From an uncultured delta proteobacterium (GTDB taxonomy: Bacteria; Desulfobacterota; RBG-13-43-22): a DNA stretch of 64,000 bases. Of the stretch, positions 47,917 to 58,304 are shown in pieces (the first letter of the stretch is position 1; every line of letters starts with the position of its first letter). The DNA is taken from positions 1 to 64,000 of the forward strand of contig CAVQFQ010000008.1 of the NCBI GenBank assembly GCA_963711835.1. Direction: 5' to 3'. The position numbers and the translations under genes were made by a program. The notes below the pieces were generated by a model, which saw only the letters and a list, made by a program, of their open reading frames with translations, searched no databases and was not told the DNA's origin.

Positions 47917-48600
47917 TTAAGCGGCGTCCGGAGCCCCGGAAATTATTCGTATTATTTCCTGAAGCACCTGGTCGATGGTCAGATCCGTGGTATCGATCAC
48001 CCGGGCATCCGGGGCCGGTTGCAGTGGGGCCAGAGACCTTCCCTGATCCTGTTGGTCGCGAAAGGACATATCCTGTCGTACCTTTTCCAGGGAAAGGGCA
48101 TGACCGGCTTCAAGAAGTTCCTGAAACCGTCGTTGAGAGCGCACCGCCAGCGAGGCCTCCAAGAAAAATTTGAAGGCGGCCCAGGGAAAGACCACCGTTC
48201 CCATATCCCGGCCCTCGGCCACCAGCCCCTGCTTTTGCGCCCAAGCCCTTTGCTTGTCCAAAAGAAAGGCCCGAACTTCCTGTTTCTTCGATACCGCCGA
48301 AGCCAATTGGCTGATCTCCGGCTCCCGAATCTGCCGGCCGATTTCCCGGTCTGAAACCCAAACCTGTTGTTTTCGGCCTTGCCCAAAAATCCGGATATCC
48401 AAATTTTTAATAAATCGTGACAGCGCCGGCCCTTCCGCCTGCTCTTTGCCGCCGGCCTTGAGGGCCCAGGCAACCGCTCGGTAGAGGGCCCCGGTATCCA
48501 GATAGGCCAGCCCTAAACGTCCGGCCAGACGGCGGCTGATCGTACTTTTGCCGGCCCCGGCCGGTCCATCGATGGTAATTAGGAGATGGCGATCAGGCAT
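47917..48600 (-). CDS. cmk: Cytidylate kinase
   Basis: IDGPAGAGKST, DTGALYR, EGRDMGTVVFP. Confidence 0.96.
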   Translation of the reverse strand: MPDRHLLITIDGPAGAGKSTISRRLAGRLGLAYLDTGALYRAVAWALKAGGKEQAEGPALSRFIKNLDIRIFGQGRKQQVWVSDREIGRQIREPEISQLASAVSKKQEVRAFLLDKQRAWAQKQGLVAEGRDMGTVVFPWAAFKFFLEASLAVRSQRRFQELLEAGHALSLEKVRQDMSFRDQQDQGRSLAPLQPAPDARVIDTTDLTIDQVLQEIIRIISGAPDAA

Positions 48601-48624
48601 GGCATCGAAGAAGCCGAAGGGAAA

Positions 48625-49713
48625 TTAGGATTGCTTAAGGACCTGTTGCAAGGTCCGCAAAAAAAGGGCATTCTCCTTCGGAAGCCCCACATTGACACGG
48701 ATATAGTCCTCCAAGCCGTAACTCTTCATGGAGCGGATGATCACCCCCATTTTCAACATGGCCTCATAAACGAACTGGCCTTTCAGGGGCATTCGGACCA
48801 AGATAAAATTGGTTTGCGAGGGAATAAAGGTCAAACCCAGGTTGAGAAGCCCTTTCTCCAAATCCTTTTTCCCTTTACGCACCAGGGAACGGGTTTTTTC
48901 ATAAAACCGCGTATCTTGAAGGGCTCCTAAGGCCCCAGCCTGGGCCAGAGAATTGACGTTAAAGGGCTGGCGGACCCGGTTCATATAATCGGCCAGCTCC
49001 GGACGAGTAATCCCGAAACCGATTCGCAATCCGGCCAATCCGTAGGCCTTGGAAAAGGTCCGAATGAGCAGCAGGTTTTTCGTGGATTGAATATAGTCGC
49101 TCCCTAAGGGGCAGGCCGGGTCGTCCACAAAATCAATATAGGCTTCATCCATCAAGATCAGGATCTCCTGGGGGACCTTTTTCAAAAAACGTTCCCATTC
49201 CTTCCGGGTAATAATGGTCCCCGTGGGATTATTGGGGTTGTTGATGATAATCAAACGGGTTCGGGACCGGGTCTGCCGGAGAATCTCCTGAAGGTCTATT
49301 TTAAAACCCCGCAGAGGGATCAATCGATTTTTCCCCCCTATGGTTTGGACGACTTTGTTATAAACCAAGAAGGAGGGACTGGGGGAGATAACCTCGTCGC
49401 CGGCTTCCAAAAAGGTCCTGATAGCCAATTCGATGATCTCGTTGGAGCCGTTCCCCAAAAGGAACTGTTCCGGAGGAAATCCCAAGGCCCGGCTTAAAGC
49501 TTGTTTTAAATAATAACCGCTGCCATCCGGGTAACGATGAAGCTGAGGGAGGGCTTTTTGAATGGCCGCCAAGGCCCGGGGAGAAGGCCCTAAGGGATTT
49601 TCATTGGAAGCCAGTTTGATAACCTCCCGGATCCCCAACTCCCGGGTTAATTCTTCCATAGGCTTCCCGGGAGGGTAAGGGACCAGATCTCGGATATAGT
49701 TTTTAATTTTCAT
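48625..49713 (-). CDS. hisC: Histidinol-phosphate aminotransferase
   Basis: KLASNENPLG, NPNNPTG, RTFSKAYGLAGLRIG. Confidence 0.93.
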   Translation of the reverse strand: MKIKNYIRDLVPYPPGKPMEELTRELGIREVIKLASNENPLGPSPRALAAIQKALPQLHRYPDGSGYYLKQALSRALGFPPEQFLLGNGSNEIIELAIRTFLEAGDEVISPSPSFLVYNKVVQTIGGKNRLIPLRGFKIDLQEILRQTRSRTRLIIINNPNNPTGTIITRKEWERFLKKVPQEILILMDEAYIDFVDDPACPLGSDYIQSTKNLLLIRTFSKAYGLAGLRIGFGITRPELADYMNRVRQPFNVNSLAQAGALGALQDTRFYEKTRSLVRKGKKDLEKGLLNLGLTFIPSQTNFILVRMPLKGQFVYEAMLKMGVIIRSMKSYGLEDYIRVNVGLPKENALFLRTLQQVLKQS

Positions 49714-50077
49714 AACCGTCCTGCCGAAACCTTTTGGTCGTGTTAAAAAGTTAAGGGATTAGGGTGGATCAGCTCCAACGCATTTGGAGATGATCAATTT
49801 TCATTTTGTTCTTACCTCACCCGCAGGCCAAAAAGCAACCCCTTTTCCATCCCCCTTCCCGGCCTTTAACCTAAACCCGTGAGTGTGGGAAAAGTTTGAG
49901 ATCGGCTTCCTGAAAAGCGTTGAGAGAAAAACCGGCCTCCCGCCGGATGATCCCGGGTCGGCCTGATTGGGAAAAGCGGGCTTTCCGAAGAAAAAAGTTG
50001 CTTTTTTTAAAAAAAGCAGGTTATTATGATGCATCGGTTTTTCCGGCAGGCATCTCTTTTTATAAAAGGAGAAGAAG

Positions 50078-50353
50078 ATGAACAAGTCCCAGTTGATTGA
50101 AGCTTTGGCTAAAGACCAGGGGTTGACGATTAAGAATGCGGAATTTGTTGTTTCAAATTTTTTTGACAGTATCGAGGCTGCCCTGGTCAAACGGGAGCGG
50201 GTTGAGATTCGGGGCTTTGGAAGTTTCAAGGTAAAAAATTATCAGGGCTACCAGGGGCGTAATCCAAAAACCGGAACGGTGATCAATGTGACGGAAAAGA
50301 GGCTGCCCTTTTTTAAGGTAGGCAAGGAATTAAAAGAAAGAGTGGACGCTTAA
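50078..50353 (+). CDS. ihfB: Integration host factor beta / HU-family protein
   Basis: RVEIRGFGSF, GRNPKTG, PFFKVGKELKERV. Confidence 0.88.
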   Translation: MNKSQLIEALAKDQGLTIKNAEFVVSNFFDSIEAALVKRERVEIRGFGSFKVKNYQGYQGRNPKTGTVINVTEKRLPFFKVGKELKERVDA

Positions 50354-50378
50354 CCTAAATTACAGTAATTACAGTCTT

Positions 50379-50640
50379 GGCCGTGCTAAGCGGGGAGTTA
50401 GCGGTGCCCTAAACCCGAAATCCGCTCATGCGGGGCTGAATCTCCTTTCGAGGGCTCAAACGATATCCCAGTTTCTTTCGCTAAAAGCCGGATTGGACGT
50501 TACGCAACAAACGGTTATGAACCCCGTCAGGTCCGGGAGGAAGCAGCGGTAAATAATGCGGTTTGTGTCGTGACCAACTCTAAGCTGTGTTTTTATTCGG
50601 AGGCCTGTGATGGCGTTGGTTCGACAAAGGATGCACGGCC
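50379..50640 (+). ncRNA. ffs: Large (Alu-domain-containing) signal recognition particle RNA
   Basis: Ends pair (ggccgtgc/gcacggcc); 5' ggggagttagcggtgccct...acccg Alu-like motif; helix 8 tcaggtccgggaggaagcagc. Confidence 0.9.
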
Positions 50641-50834
50641 AAGATAACCCTTTTAGGACTTCCCCAGCAATCCCCTCCACCTTTCGCGTTGCTCCAAAAA
50701 ATGAACGGTTTCTTTTGCTCTCCCGACCGGCCGGGGCTCTCTTTCTCCGAGCCGGCCGGCCGGATGAGATGCGGCCATGACTCACCTCCAGTCCTTCCCG
50801 AAAAACGGCTTTCGTTGAAAGGTTCACAATATAC

Positions 50835-50863
50835 TTGACAAATGGTTTCTTCCCTTCTATTTT
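50835..50863 (+). promoter_or_regulatory. Putative sigma-70 promoter of pilMNOPQ
   Basis: TTGACA-17 nt-TATTTT. Confidence 0.5.
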
Positions 50864-51018
50864 TAAGGCAATTATTAATAATTACTAAGAGTTCCTGTAG
50901 AATCAGCCCCCGAGGCATTAAGGGTCCCGAGGCTGGAATAGTTAAAGAATTTTTTTTAGGGAATCGGGGCCTTCCTGGAGAGAAGTCAGCCCACTTTTAA
51001 AGCGTGGAGACATGAGGA

Positions 51019-52071
51019 ATGCGGTTTTCCGGGAATCATAGTTTAGTCGGAATCGATATCGGGTCTCATTCCATAAAGGTTTGTCAGGCTGAAAAAAAAC
51101 TCAAGCGCTTTGAGTTAAAAAACTTCGGCTTGGCCAACCTGCCGCCCTCGGCCATTGTCCACGGAGCAATCAAAGAACCTTCCCTCATTGCCGGCGCCTT
51201 ACAAACCCTCTTAGCCCATCTCAATCTCAAGGATCAAAAAGCGATTTTTGCGGTTTCCGGCCACTCGGTCATCGTCAAACGAATCACCTTTCCGGCTCTT
51301 AGTGAAAAGGAATTAATCCAAACCATTCCTTATGAGGCCAAGCAATATATCCCCTTTGACATCAACGAAGTGAATCTCGATTTTCAGGTTCTGGGTCCCT
51401 TGCCGGAGGACCCGGATTCGCTGTCGGTTCTCTTAGTGGCCGCCAAGAAAGAAGTGATGGCCGAATATATCGACGTCCTCCAACTCAGCGGCCTGGAGGC
51501 CGCGATTGGAGATGTGGCGGCCTTTGCCCTGGCCAATGCCTACGAATTAAATTACGGCTTGGAGGCCGATCCGGTGGCCTTGGTTGATCTCGGTGCCAGC
51601 CAGACCACCCTGGTGGTCATTAACCAGGATGGACCGATTTATACCCGGGACTTCTTTTTGGGAGGAAAACAACTGACCGAACAGATCCAGTCTTTGGGAA
51701 ATCTTTCTTTCGAAGAAGCCGAGAAATTAAAATTGCACTGGGACCGCACGCCGGACCATCTCGATCAACTGGCCCCCTCCTTCCTGGGGGTTATTCAGGC
51801 CTGGGTTCAGGAAATCAAGCGCGCTCTGGACTTCCTGGTTACCTCCCAACCGGAAAGCCGACCGCTAAAAATGGTCCTTTCCGGAGGTTCTTCCTTGATC
51901 CCGGGATTTCCCAAATACCTCTCCGAGGCGGTCCAACTGCCGACCGAACTTTTCCAGCCCTTCCATCAGGTCCACTGTGATCCGGAGGTCTTCAATCCGG
52001 ATTACCTTAAAGCCGTCGGGCCCCAGGCGGCCATCGCCTTGGGGTTGGCCTTGCGGGAGTCGGGGGACTAA
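51019..52071 (+). CDS. pilM: Type IV pilus assembly protein PilM
   Basis: GIDIGSHSIK, EAKQYIPF, actin-like motifs, GLALR C-terminus. Confidence 0.95.
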   Translation: MRFSGNHSLVGIDIGSHSIKVCQAEKKLKRFELKNFGLANLPPSAIVHGAIKEPSLIAGALQTLLAHLNLKDQKAIFAVSGHSVIVKRITFPALSEKELIQTIPYEAKQYIPFDINEVNLDFQVLGPLPEDPDSLSVLLVAAKKEVMAEYIDVLQLSGLEAAIGDVAAFALANAYELNYGLEADPVALVDLGASQTTLVVINQDGPIYTRDFFLGGKQLTEQIQSLGNLSFEEAEKLKLHWDRTPDHLDQLAPSFLGVIQAWVQEIKRALDFLVTSQPESRPLKMVLSGGSSLIPGFPKYLSEAVQLPTELFQPFHQVHCDPEVFNPDYLKAVGPQAAIALGLALRESGD

Positions 52072-52640
52072 TGATCCGGATCAACCTCCTGGGGGATCAT
52101 AAAGTCCGCGGAAGCGGAGAAAACCGTTGGCTGCTGAAAGGGTTTTCTCTGGCCCTGGTCCTGGTCCTTTTCGCCGGTCTGCTGGTTTATTGGCTCCTGG
52201 GCCTCCAGGTCAACCGGTTGAAAAAGGAAAAAACGGCCTTGCAGAGACAAGCCCAGGCCTATCCCGTGCTCCTGCAGGAAATCAAAGAACTCAAGGAAAA
52301 GAAAGAAATTGCCCGGAAACGCTTAACCCTTCTCCAAACCCTGGAAAAAGAGCGCCATGGACCGGTCCAGCTTATGGAGCAGCTCTCGGTTCTATTGCCG
52401 GTCAATCAGCTCTGGATTACCACTTTAAAGGAAACCGGCCCGGAGCTACGTCTGGATGGAATGGCTTTGAGCAATGAAGTGCTGGCGGAATACCTGAAAC
52501 GGCTGGAATCGATTCCTCTGATCCACCAGGTGGATCTGGTTCAAAGCAATCAAGTTACTTACAAAGACTTAAAGGTAAAGCAATTCAGCATCACGGCCTG
52601 GTTGAAGCCGCCGGATAAAACCCCGGAGGGTCCGAAGTGA
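52071..52640 (+). CDS. pilN: Type IV pilus assembly protein PilN
   Basis: MIRINLL, transmembrane segment, coiled coil; operon position. Confidence 0.92.
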   Translation: MIRINLLGDHKVRGSGENRWLLKGFSLALVLVLFAGLLVYWLLGLQVNRLKKEKTALQRQAQAYPVLLQEIKELKEKKEIARKRLTLLQTLEKERHGPVQLMEQLSVLLPVNQLWITTLKETGPELRLDGMALSNEVLAEYLKRLESIPLIHQVDLVQSNQVTYKDLKVKQFSITAWLKPPDKTPEGPK

Positions 52641-53251
52641 GCCCCAGGGATCTTTTCCAAAACATGAGCGAACGCTTTCAGCTTTTACCTTTGTCACAGC
52701 GGGTTTTAGCCGGGGTGGTCCCCCTGATAGTGGTGGCGGTTCTCCTGGGTTATTTTTTAATCGCCCCCCTTTGGCAGAAGAGGGGTAATTTGCTGGATGA
52801 AATTGCCCAGGAAAAAATTCGTCTGGAACAAATCCGCCGGGCCCAAGCCGAAATAGAACAATTTAAACTGGAATTGGTTGAAATTGAGATGCGCTTCAAG
52901 CAGGTCCTGGCTATGCTGCCGGAAGCCCGTGAACTCCCCAACCTCCTAAAACATGTGGCTGAACTGGCCCACCAGCAAAATCTTGAATTTCTTCTCTTCA
53001 AACCGGACAAGGAGATCCCTAAAGACTTTGTGGCTGAAATCCCGATTCTGGTCCAGCTTAAAGGCCCGTATCACCAAATCGCCCTCTTTTTCGACCAGAT
53101 CCGGCGGCTGCCCCGAATCATCAATGCCCAGCAATTGGACCTGGGGTCTTATGACGAAAAAACGGCTTCCGTTTCGGCCCGCTGTCAACTGGTAACCTAT
53201 CGTTTTTTATCAACCCCGATTCCCCCGCCCAAAGGGGAGAAAAAAAAGTAA
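52637..53251 (+). CDS. pilO: Type IV pilus assembly protein PilO
   Basis: LPEARELPNLL, GPYHQIALFF...LPRII, TYRF. Confidence 0.92.
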   Translation: MSPRDLFQNMSERFQLLPLSQRVLAGVVPLIVVAVLLGYFLIAPLWQKRGNLLDEIAQEKIRLEQIRRAQAEIEQFKLELVEIEMRFKQVLAMLPEARELPNLLKHVAELAHQQNLEFLLFKPDKEIPKDFVAEIPILVQLKGPYHQIALFFDQIRRLPRIINAQQLDLGSYDEKTASVSARCQLVTYRFLSTPIPPPKGEKKK

Positions 53252-53797
53252 GTGCGGAACAGGATCTTCTTTTGTTTATCTTTGTTAGGCTGGGCCCTGC
53301 TCAGTTGTGGGGGGCCTTCACCGGAGGGAAAGCTCGCTGCTAAAGCAAGAGCGCTCCCTGCTCTTCAAGGCCCCTTGCCGGCCCAGGGAAGACCCATGGT
53401 CAACCCTTTGCCTCAGCCGAAGGCCGTCACGGCCCTTCCGGAAAAGGAGGCACCTGCCTACATCGTTGAGGGAAAACCCGACCCCTTTAAACCCTTGAAC
53501 CTCGAGTGGGAATCGCTCGAAAAACAGAAGCTGGCCAAGGTGTTGCCTTTACAGCGTTTTGAATTGAGCGAGTTTGAGTTGGTCGGGATCCTTTCAACTT
53601 CGGGGACGAGAAAGGCCTTGGTCCAGGACCTGACCGGGAAGGGGTATCTGATCCAGGTGGGTACCAAGATCGGAAAAAAAGGGGGACGGCTCAGCAAAAT
53701 CTTATCGCAGGAGGTCCTGGTGGAAGAACCTTATCAGGACTATCTGGGACGCGCCAAGATCCGAAAGGTGACTTTAAAGCTTCCTCAGCCCAATTAA
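53252..53797 (+). CDS. pilP: Type IV pilus lipoprotein PilP
   Basis: Lipobox LLSC, PDPFKP, PLQRFELSEFELVGI. Confidence 0.9.
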   Translation: MRNRIFFCLSLLGWALLSCGGPSPEGKLAAKARALPALQGPLPAQGRPMVNPLPQPKAVTALPEKEAPAYIVEGKPDPFKPLNLEWESLEKQKLAKVLPLQRFELSEFELVGILSTSGTRKALVQDLTGKGYLIQVGTKIGKKGGRLSKILSQEVLVEEPYQDYLGRAKIRKVTLKLPQPN

Positions 53798-53827
53798 CCG
53801 GTTATCAGGAAAGCGTAGAGAGGAAAG

Positions 53828-55789
53828 ATGTCAAAAAACCATAGACGGACTATCTGTTTCGTATTGGGGATAATGCTCACCTGCTGGGGGGGATGGGTTC
53901 AAGTACCCCCGGGATGGACCAAGGACGGAGCCCCGCTGCCGGCCCGACTGCTCCAGATTAAAGAACAACTGCTTCCGGATTCCGCCCGGGTGATCTTGAC
54001 CTTCAGCCGGCCGGTGGCTCCCAAGGTTTTTTCCCTTTCCGATCCGGGGCGATTGGTCATCGACCTCAGCCCCTGCACCCTGGCCTTAACCCAGACTCCG
54101 GAACTCTCGGATCCCCTTTTCAAGGGCTGGCGCTACGCCCAGTTTAAAAAAAATACGGTTCGGATCGTCTTCCCCTCCTTATCTCAAACCCCCTATAAAC
54201 TTTCCAAGGAAGGGGCTGAGGCCTTCCGACTCCTGGTGGATTTCCCCAGGAAAGAAAAACCGCTTGGCCCTCCAATTTCCTCCCCGCTCAAACCGGATAG
54301 CCCCAAGGTGCAAAGCCTGACGGAATTCAAGACCGAACAGGCCTTGGCTGAAAAGATGAAACCCCTGCCTCCCCAACCCCAGCGCATCACCTTCGATTTT
54401 TACAATGCCGATATCCATAACGTGTTTCGGGTCATCGGCGAAGTGGGCCGGGTCAATATTATTGTAGGCGACGACGTCAAAGGCAAAGTGACCATGAGCT
54501 TCAGGGAACACCCCTGGGATCAGGCCTTGGAGATTTTGACGGCTAATTTTAATCTCCACCAGGAACGTTTCGGCAATAACATTTTGCTTTCCAGCAGCGA
54601 AAATTACCTTAAAAAATTGCAGGCCCAGATCAAAGAAGAGATGGATAAGGAGAAACTAAAACAGGAAAAAGCAAAAACAAAACGTGAGGAACGTAAGAAC
54701 GATGAATTTAAAGAAAAATTCACAAAAAAATATCAGATCCGCTATGTGGACGTTCACTATGTTTATGAGCAGATCAAAGCCCATTACGGACTTGAGAAAA
54801 AAACCAGATCAGCTTCCGGAATGGATTCAAGTAAGGCAACCTCTTTCGAAAAATCGGAGGAGACCACCAGCAAATCGATGGTCATCCCCGGCAGCGAAGC
54901 CACGATAACCCCTATTTTACATACCAACATCCTAATGGTCAGGGGCACTCAAGAAGAAATCACCTACATGGATGAGTTGGTTGATTCCTTTGATCAACCG
55001 GTCTCCCAGGTTATGATCGAGGCCCGTATTGTTGAGGCGGATGCCAATTTTACCCGGGATATAGGTCTCCGCTGGGGAGGTTCCTACGGTTACGGGGTCC
55101 CCAATGCCCCCTTCGGAGGCACCATTCGGGGAGGGGATACCGGGGCCACCTCAACCAACCCTAACAATAACTATGCCGTCAATCTGCCTCTCAGCAATAT
55201 TATCGCCCCTTCCGGTTTTGGCGGGTTAGGGTTTTCCTTTGCCAGTGCCAATTTTAATTTGGATGTGCGTCTCCAGGCTATGGAGCAGCAAGGTAGGGGT
55301 AAAACCATTTCTTCACCGAAGATCCTGACCATCTTCGGCAAAGAGGCCGAGATAACCCAAGGCTCGGAAATACCGGTAACCACCCGGGATCAAAACAATG
55401 CCTTTTCCACCATATACAAAGATGCGGCCTTAAAATTAATTGTAACCCCTCATATTGCCGGCACCAGAAAAATGAGGATTGATTTGGACATTTCCAATGA
55501 CTCACCGGATTTTACCCATACCGACTCCCTGGGGAATCCCACCGTTAACAAGAAAAAGGCCAAGACCAATATGATCGTCAATGACGGCGAAACGATCGTT
55601 ATCGGGGGAATTATTTCCAAGAAGGAAGGTGCCCAGGAAAATCGGGTACCGGGTCTGGCGGATATACCTATTTTAGGCTGGCTTTTTAAGACAAAAAACC
55701 GATCCTATCAGGATACGGAATTATTGATATTCTTGACCCCCCGGCTTGTGCAAGCTTCGGACGTTGGAAGGAAAACCTCTGAAAGATAA
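53828..55789 (+). CDS. pilQ: Type IV pilus secretin PilQ with AMIN domain
   Basis: QVMIEARIVEA, DGETIVIGGI, VPGLADIPILGWLFK, ELLIFLTP. Confidence 0.95.
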   Translation: MSKNHRRTICFVLGIMLTCWGGWVQVPPGWTKDGAPLPARLLQIKEQLLPDSARVILTFSRPVAPKVFSLSDPGRLVIDLSPCTLALTQTPELSDPLFKGWRYAQFKKNTVRIVFPSLSQTPYKLSKEGAEAFRLLVDFPRKEKPLGPPISSPLKPDSPKVQSLTEFKTEQALAEKMKPLPPQPQRITFDFYNADIHNVFRVIGEVGRVNIIVGDDVKGKVTMSFREHPWDQALEILTANFNLHQERFGNNILLSSSENYLKKLQAQIKEEMDKEKLKQEKAKTKREERKNDEFKEKFTKKYQIRYVDVHYVYEQIKAHYGLEKKTRSASGMDSSKATSFEKSEETTSKSMVIPGSEATITPILHTNILMVRGTQEEITYMDELVDSFDQPVSQVMIEARIVEADANFTRDIGLRWGGSYGYGVPNAPFGGTIRGGDTGATSTNPNNNYAVNLPLSNIIAPSGFGGLGFSFASANFNLDVRLQAMEQQGRGKTISSPKILTIFGKEAEITQGSEIPVTTRDQNNAFSTIYKDAALKLIVTPHIAGTRKMRIDLDISNDSPDFTHTDSLGNPTVNKKKAKTNMIVNDGETIVIGGIISKKEGAQENRVPGLADIPILGWLFKTKNRSYQDTELLIFLTPRLVQASDVGRKTSER

Positions 55790-55794
55790 GACGG

Positions 55795-56913
55795 TTAAAA
55801 AGGCAGGAGGGTATTGCTGGCGTCTGCGATATACCTGACTTGAAGAGCCGCTTCCTTTCGTTCATTGGTTATTACGGAAAAATACAGATAATAGGTGGTG
55901 TCTTCCCGGACCTGAAAAGACCGGGTGAAGGTTTTATAACGACCGTTTAGCGACAAACTGACCACCAGGGAATGATCTCCGGGAGCCAGATCTTTGTCGA
56001 ACCAGATTTGGCCGGCCTTAAAGCCGCTCAGAACATCGTGATACAATCTTTTCCGGGAATCCTCCCAGTCTTCGGCTTTCAGGATTTTTATTTCCTTTTC
56101 GTCCAGCCACAAAGCAAGATCATTCACCGAGTGCAGCTTCCAGAATTCTTTTTGGAAAAAATCCTTTCCTTTGGCCGGAAAGGATCCCGTTAAGAAATTT
56201 TCCTCCCTTTCCCGCCCTTTAGACCCGGCCAGTTCCAAATGGGAAAGGATGATCAGGCGGCTGAGTTTTCGTTTCGGTTTTTCCAAAACAGTCAAGGCCT
56301 GTTGCATCTCTTCCGCGGTCAACTGAGGGCTCAGGAAGGTCAGGGAAGTATAATTCAGGCGGTTTAATTCCCCCTCAACGGCACTGATCCGTTTAAAAAG
56401 AGGGATCAGATCAACCCGGACGGTTAATCTGGAATCCTCCTGTTTTAAAATTTGACCCGTGATCAGAATATCAACCGGGCTTCGAGAAAAAGTCGGGGAG
56501 TCCTGCAAGGCCCGTTGGACGCCTGTTTTGACTTGGGGGTCTTTTTGAAGATAAGACTGGATGGTTATCCCAACAGGGTCTTCTGCTCCGTAAATAAAAA
56601 ACTGCCTTTCCTGGCCCCCTTTTAATCTTAAAAAATCAGCCAAGGCCCGGCCGAAACGAATCTCTTTACCGGTTGCATCTTGAAAATCAAAGATAACCAT
56701 TCTGACCACCGGTCTCTGGTAATAATCGAAGCCCAGATCGGCGGCTTGTTTGGAAACTTTTTGAAAGACATCCTGAAAGAAGGCTGATGGGGGAGAAGCG
56801 GCCTCCGCCGGCGAAAGGCAACCCCATCCCAACCATAGGGCGGCAAGAAAGAACGCCGCCGAAAGAACCGTAGCTTTAGCACTTCTGGTAACTCTTTTCA
56901 TGGCCGACACCAC
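55795..56913 (-). CDS. Hypothetical exported protein
   Basis: 372-aa ORF with a signal-peptide-like N-terminus. Confidence 0.65.
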   Translation of the reverse strand: MVSAMKRVTRSAKATVLSAAFFLAALWLGWGCLSPAEAASPPSAFFQDVFQKVSKQAADLGFDYYQRPVVRMVIFDFQDATGKEIRFGRALADFLRLKGGQERQFFIYGAEDPVGITIQSYLQKDPQVKTGVQRALQDSPTFSRSPVDILITGQILKQEDSRLTVRVDLIPLFKRISAVEGELNRLNYTSLTFLSPQLTAEEMQQALTVLEKPKRKLSRLIILSHLELAGSKGREREENFLTGSFPAKGKDFFQKEFWKLHSVNDLALWLDEKEIKILKAEDWEDSRKRLYHDVLSGFKAGQIWFDKDLAPGDHSLVVSLSLNGRYKTFTRSFQVREDTTYYLYFSVITNERKEAALQVRYIADASNTLLPF

Positions 56914-56991
56914 CTATTGGTAAAATAAATACTGTCCGTCCTGGGGCCGTCTTGGCCGCGGCCCCGAGCGAAATCCGGGGGCCAGGCGAGG

Positions 56992-57384
56992 TTAGCGGTT
57001 CGTTCTGGGGAGATAGACCTTATCCCCCACCGCCACCTCGTTGACGCTGGAATCAATGATACCAAGCACTAATCGGTCGTTGATGATTTGGAGAATGGTA
57101 GCCTCTCCAATTCTTTGGTATAGGGAGGCTTTCGAGCCGATCAGGCTTTCTTGATAAATTTCAAAGGGGTCTCCAATTTTCATAGTTTGGCTCTTTTCTA
57201 AAAGAACGCTGATTTTATCCCCGGATGAAAGGGCCAGTTTCCCCTGTTGCACAGGGCTGACAATAGTGCCCTGCAACTCCGTTGCCTCTCGGAATTCTTT
57301 ATTTTCCTGGCTCATCAGAGATGAAAAACATACAAGATTCATTGCCCAAGATAAAAGAAACAGGACCATCCATCTGGTTTTCAT
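56992..57384 (-). CDS. Hypothetical exported protein
   Basis: Signal peptide, beta-rich domain ending VAVGDKV. Confidence 0.6.
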   Translation of the reverse strand: MKTRWMVLFLLSWAMNLVCFSSLMSQENKEFREATELQGTIVSPVQQGKLALSSGDKISVLLEKSQTMKIGDPFEIYQESLIGSKASLYQRIGEATILQIINDRLVLGIIDSSVNEVAVGDKVYLPRTNR

Positions 57385-57469
57385 CGTTCCCCTCTGCCTT
57401 CCGATCATTTTTTTAAGGCCAGTGCTTACGGAACATTTGCCCAAATTCTGTTTTCATTATAGCAAAGAA

Positions 57470-58159
57470 TCAGGAAAGGTCTAATTGTTTTTCCAGATGC
57501 CCCTGCAGTTCCTTAAATCCCCGGACATGACGGGTGGCCTCTAATTCCGGGTTTTTAAAAGCGATCAGGGGAACACCGGCCCGCCGGGCCGTTTCGGCAT
57601 CGACTTCTGAATCCCCGACATAGAAACAGGCCTCCGCTTTTACCTGAAAGTGGGACAAAATTTTATAAAGCGATTCGGGATCCGGTTTCGGTCGGCTGAC
57701 ATCCAGGGCGCTGACTACGAGATCAAAATACCCTTCCAGACAAAACTGCTTGAGGACCTGGTGGATAGTCGTGGTCCGGTTGGTGTTAATGGCCGTCTTG
57801 ATCCTGGGCCTGATATAAGTTAGAAACGGGATCAGGTCCGCTTCCATTTCCATGGCCCGGATAAAGGGGGTATAATCCAATTCCTGCCGGAAGCGGTGGG
57901 CCTCTTCCCGGAGGGAATCCTCCGGAAAAAGATGGTCGATGCAGGCCATCACCGTGTGGGTATGAACAAAGTCGAGGTTTTTCTCGTCCAGTGGGGGTTT
58001 TCCAAACCGGGACAAGAGGTGGTTGTAAAAGATCTGGTTAGCCCGGCGGGAATCGAAAAGGACCCCATCACAATCAAAGATGATGAGCAGCGGTTTGATA
58101 AAGGAATTGCGGGGCTTTTCCATACAGGACAATTCGGACCTGGGGTTGGAGGGGGTCAT
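57470..58159 (-). CDS. HAD-family hydrolase
   Basis: FDCDGVLFDS, KPDPE, YVGDSEVD. Confidence 0.9.
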   Translation of the reverse strand: MTPSNPRSELSCMEKPRNSFIKPLLIIFDCDGVLFDSRRANQIFYNHLLSRFGKPPLDEKNLDFVHTHTVMACIDHLFPEDSLREEAHRFRQELDYTPFIRAMEMEADLIPFLTYIRPRIKTAINTNRTTTIHQVLKQFCLEGYFDLVVSALDVSRPKPDPESLYKILSHFQVKAEACFYVGDSEVDAETARRAGVPLIAFKNPELEATRHVRGFKELQGHLEKQLDLS

Positions 58160-58304
58160 TAGTGATTAGGGTCAACTCCCGCTCAAAGGCGCCGTTTAAG
58201 CGGTTGGGATCTAACTGGATCAGGATTTCCCCCTTTTCACCGGGTTTAATGTACGGATCCCACCGTACCAGGTTGACGCCTCAGGCATACTGGATTTGGC
58301 CGGG

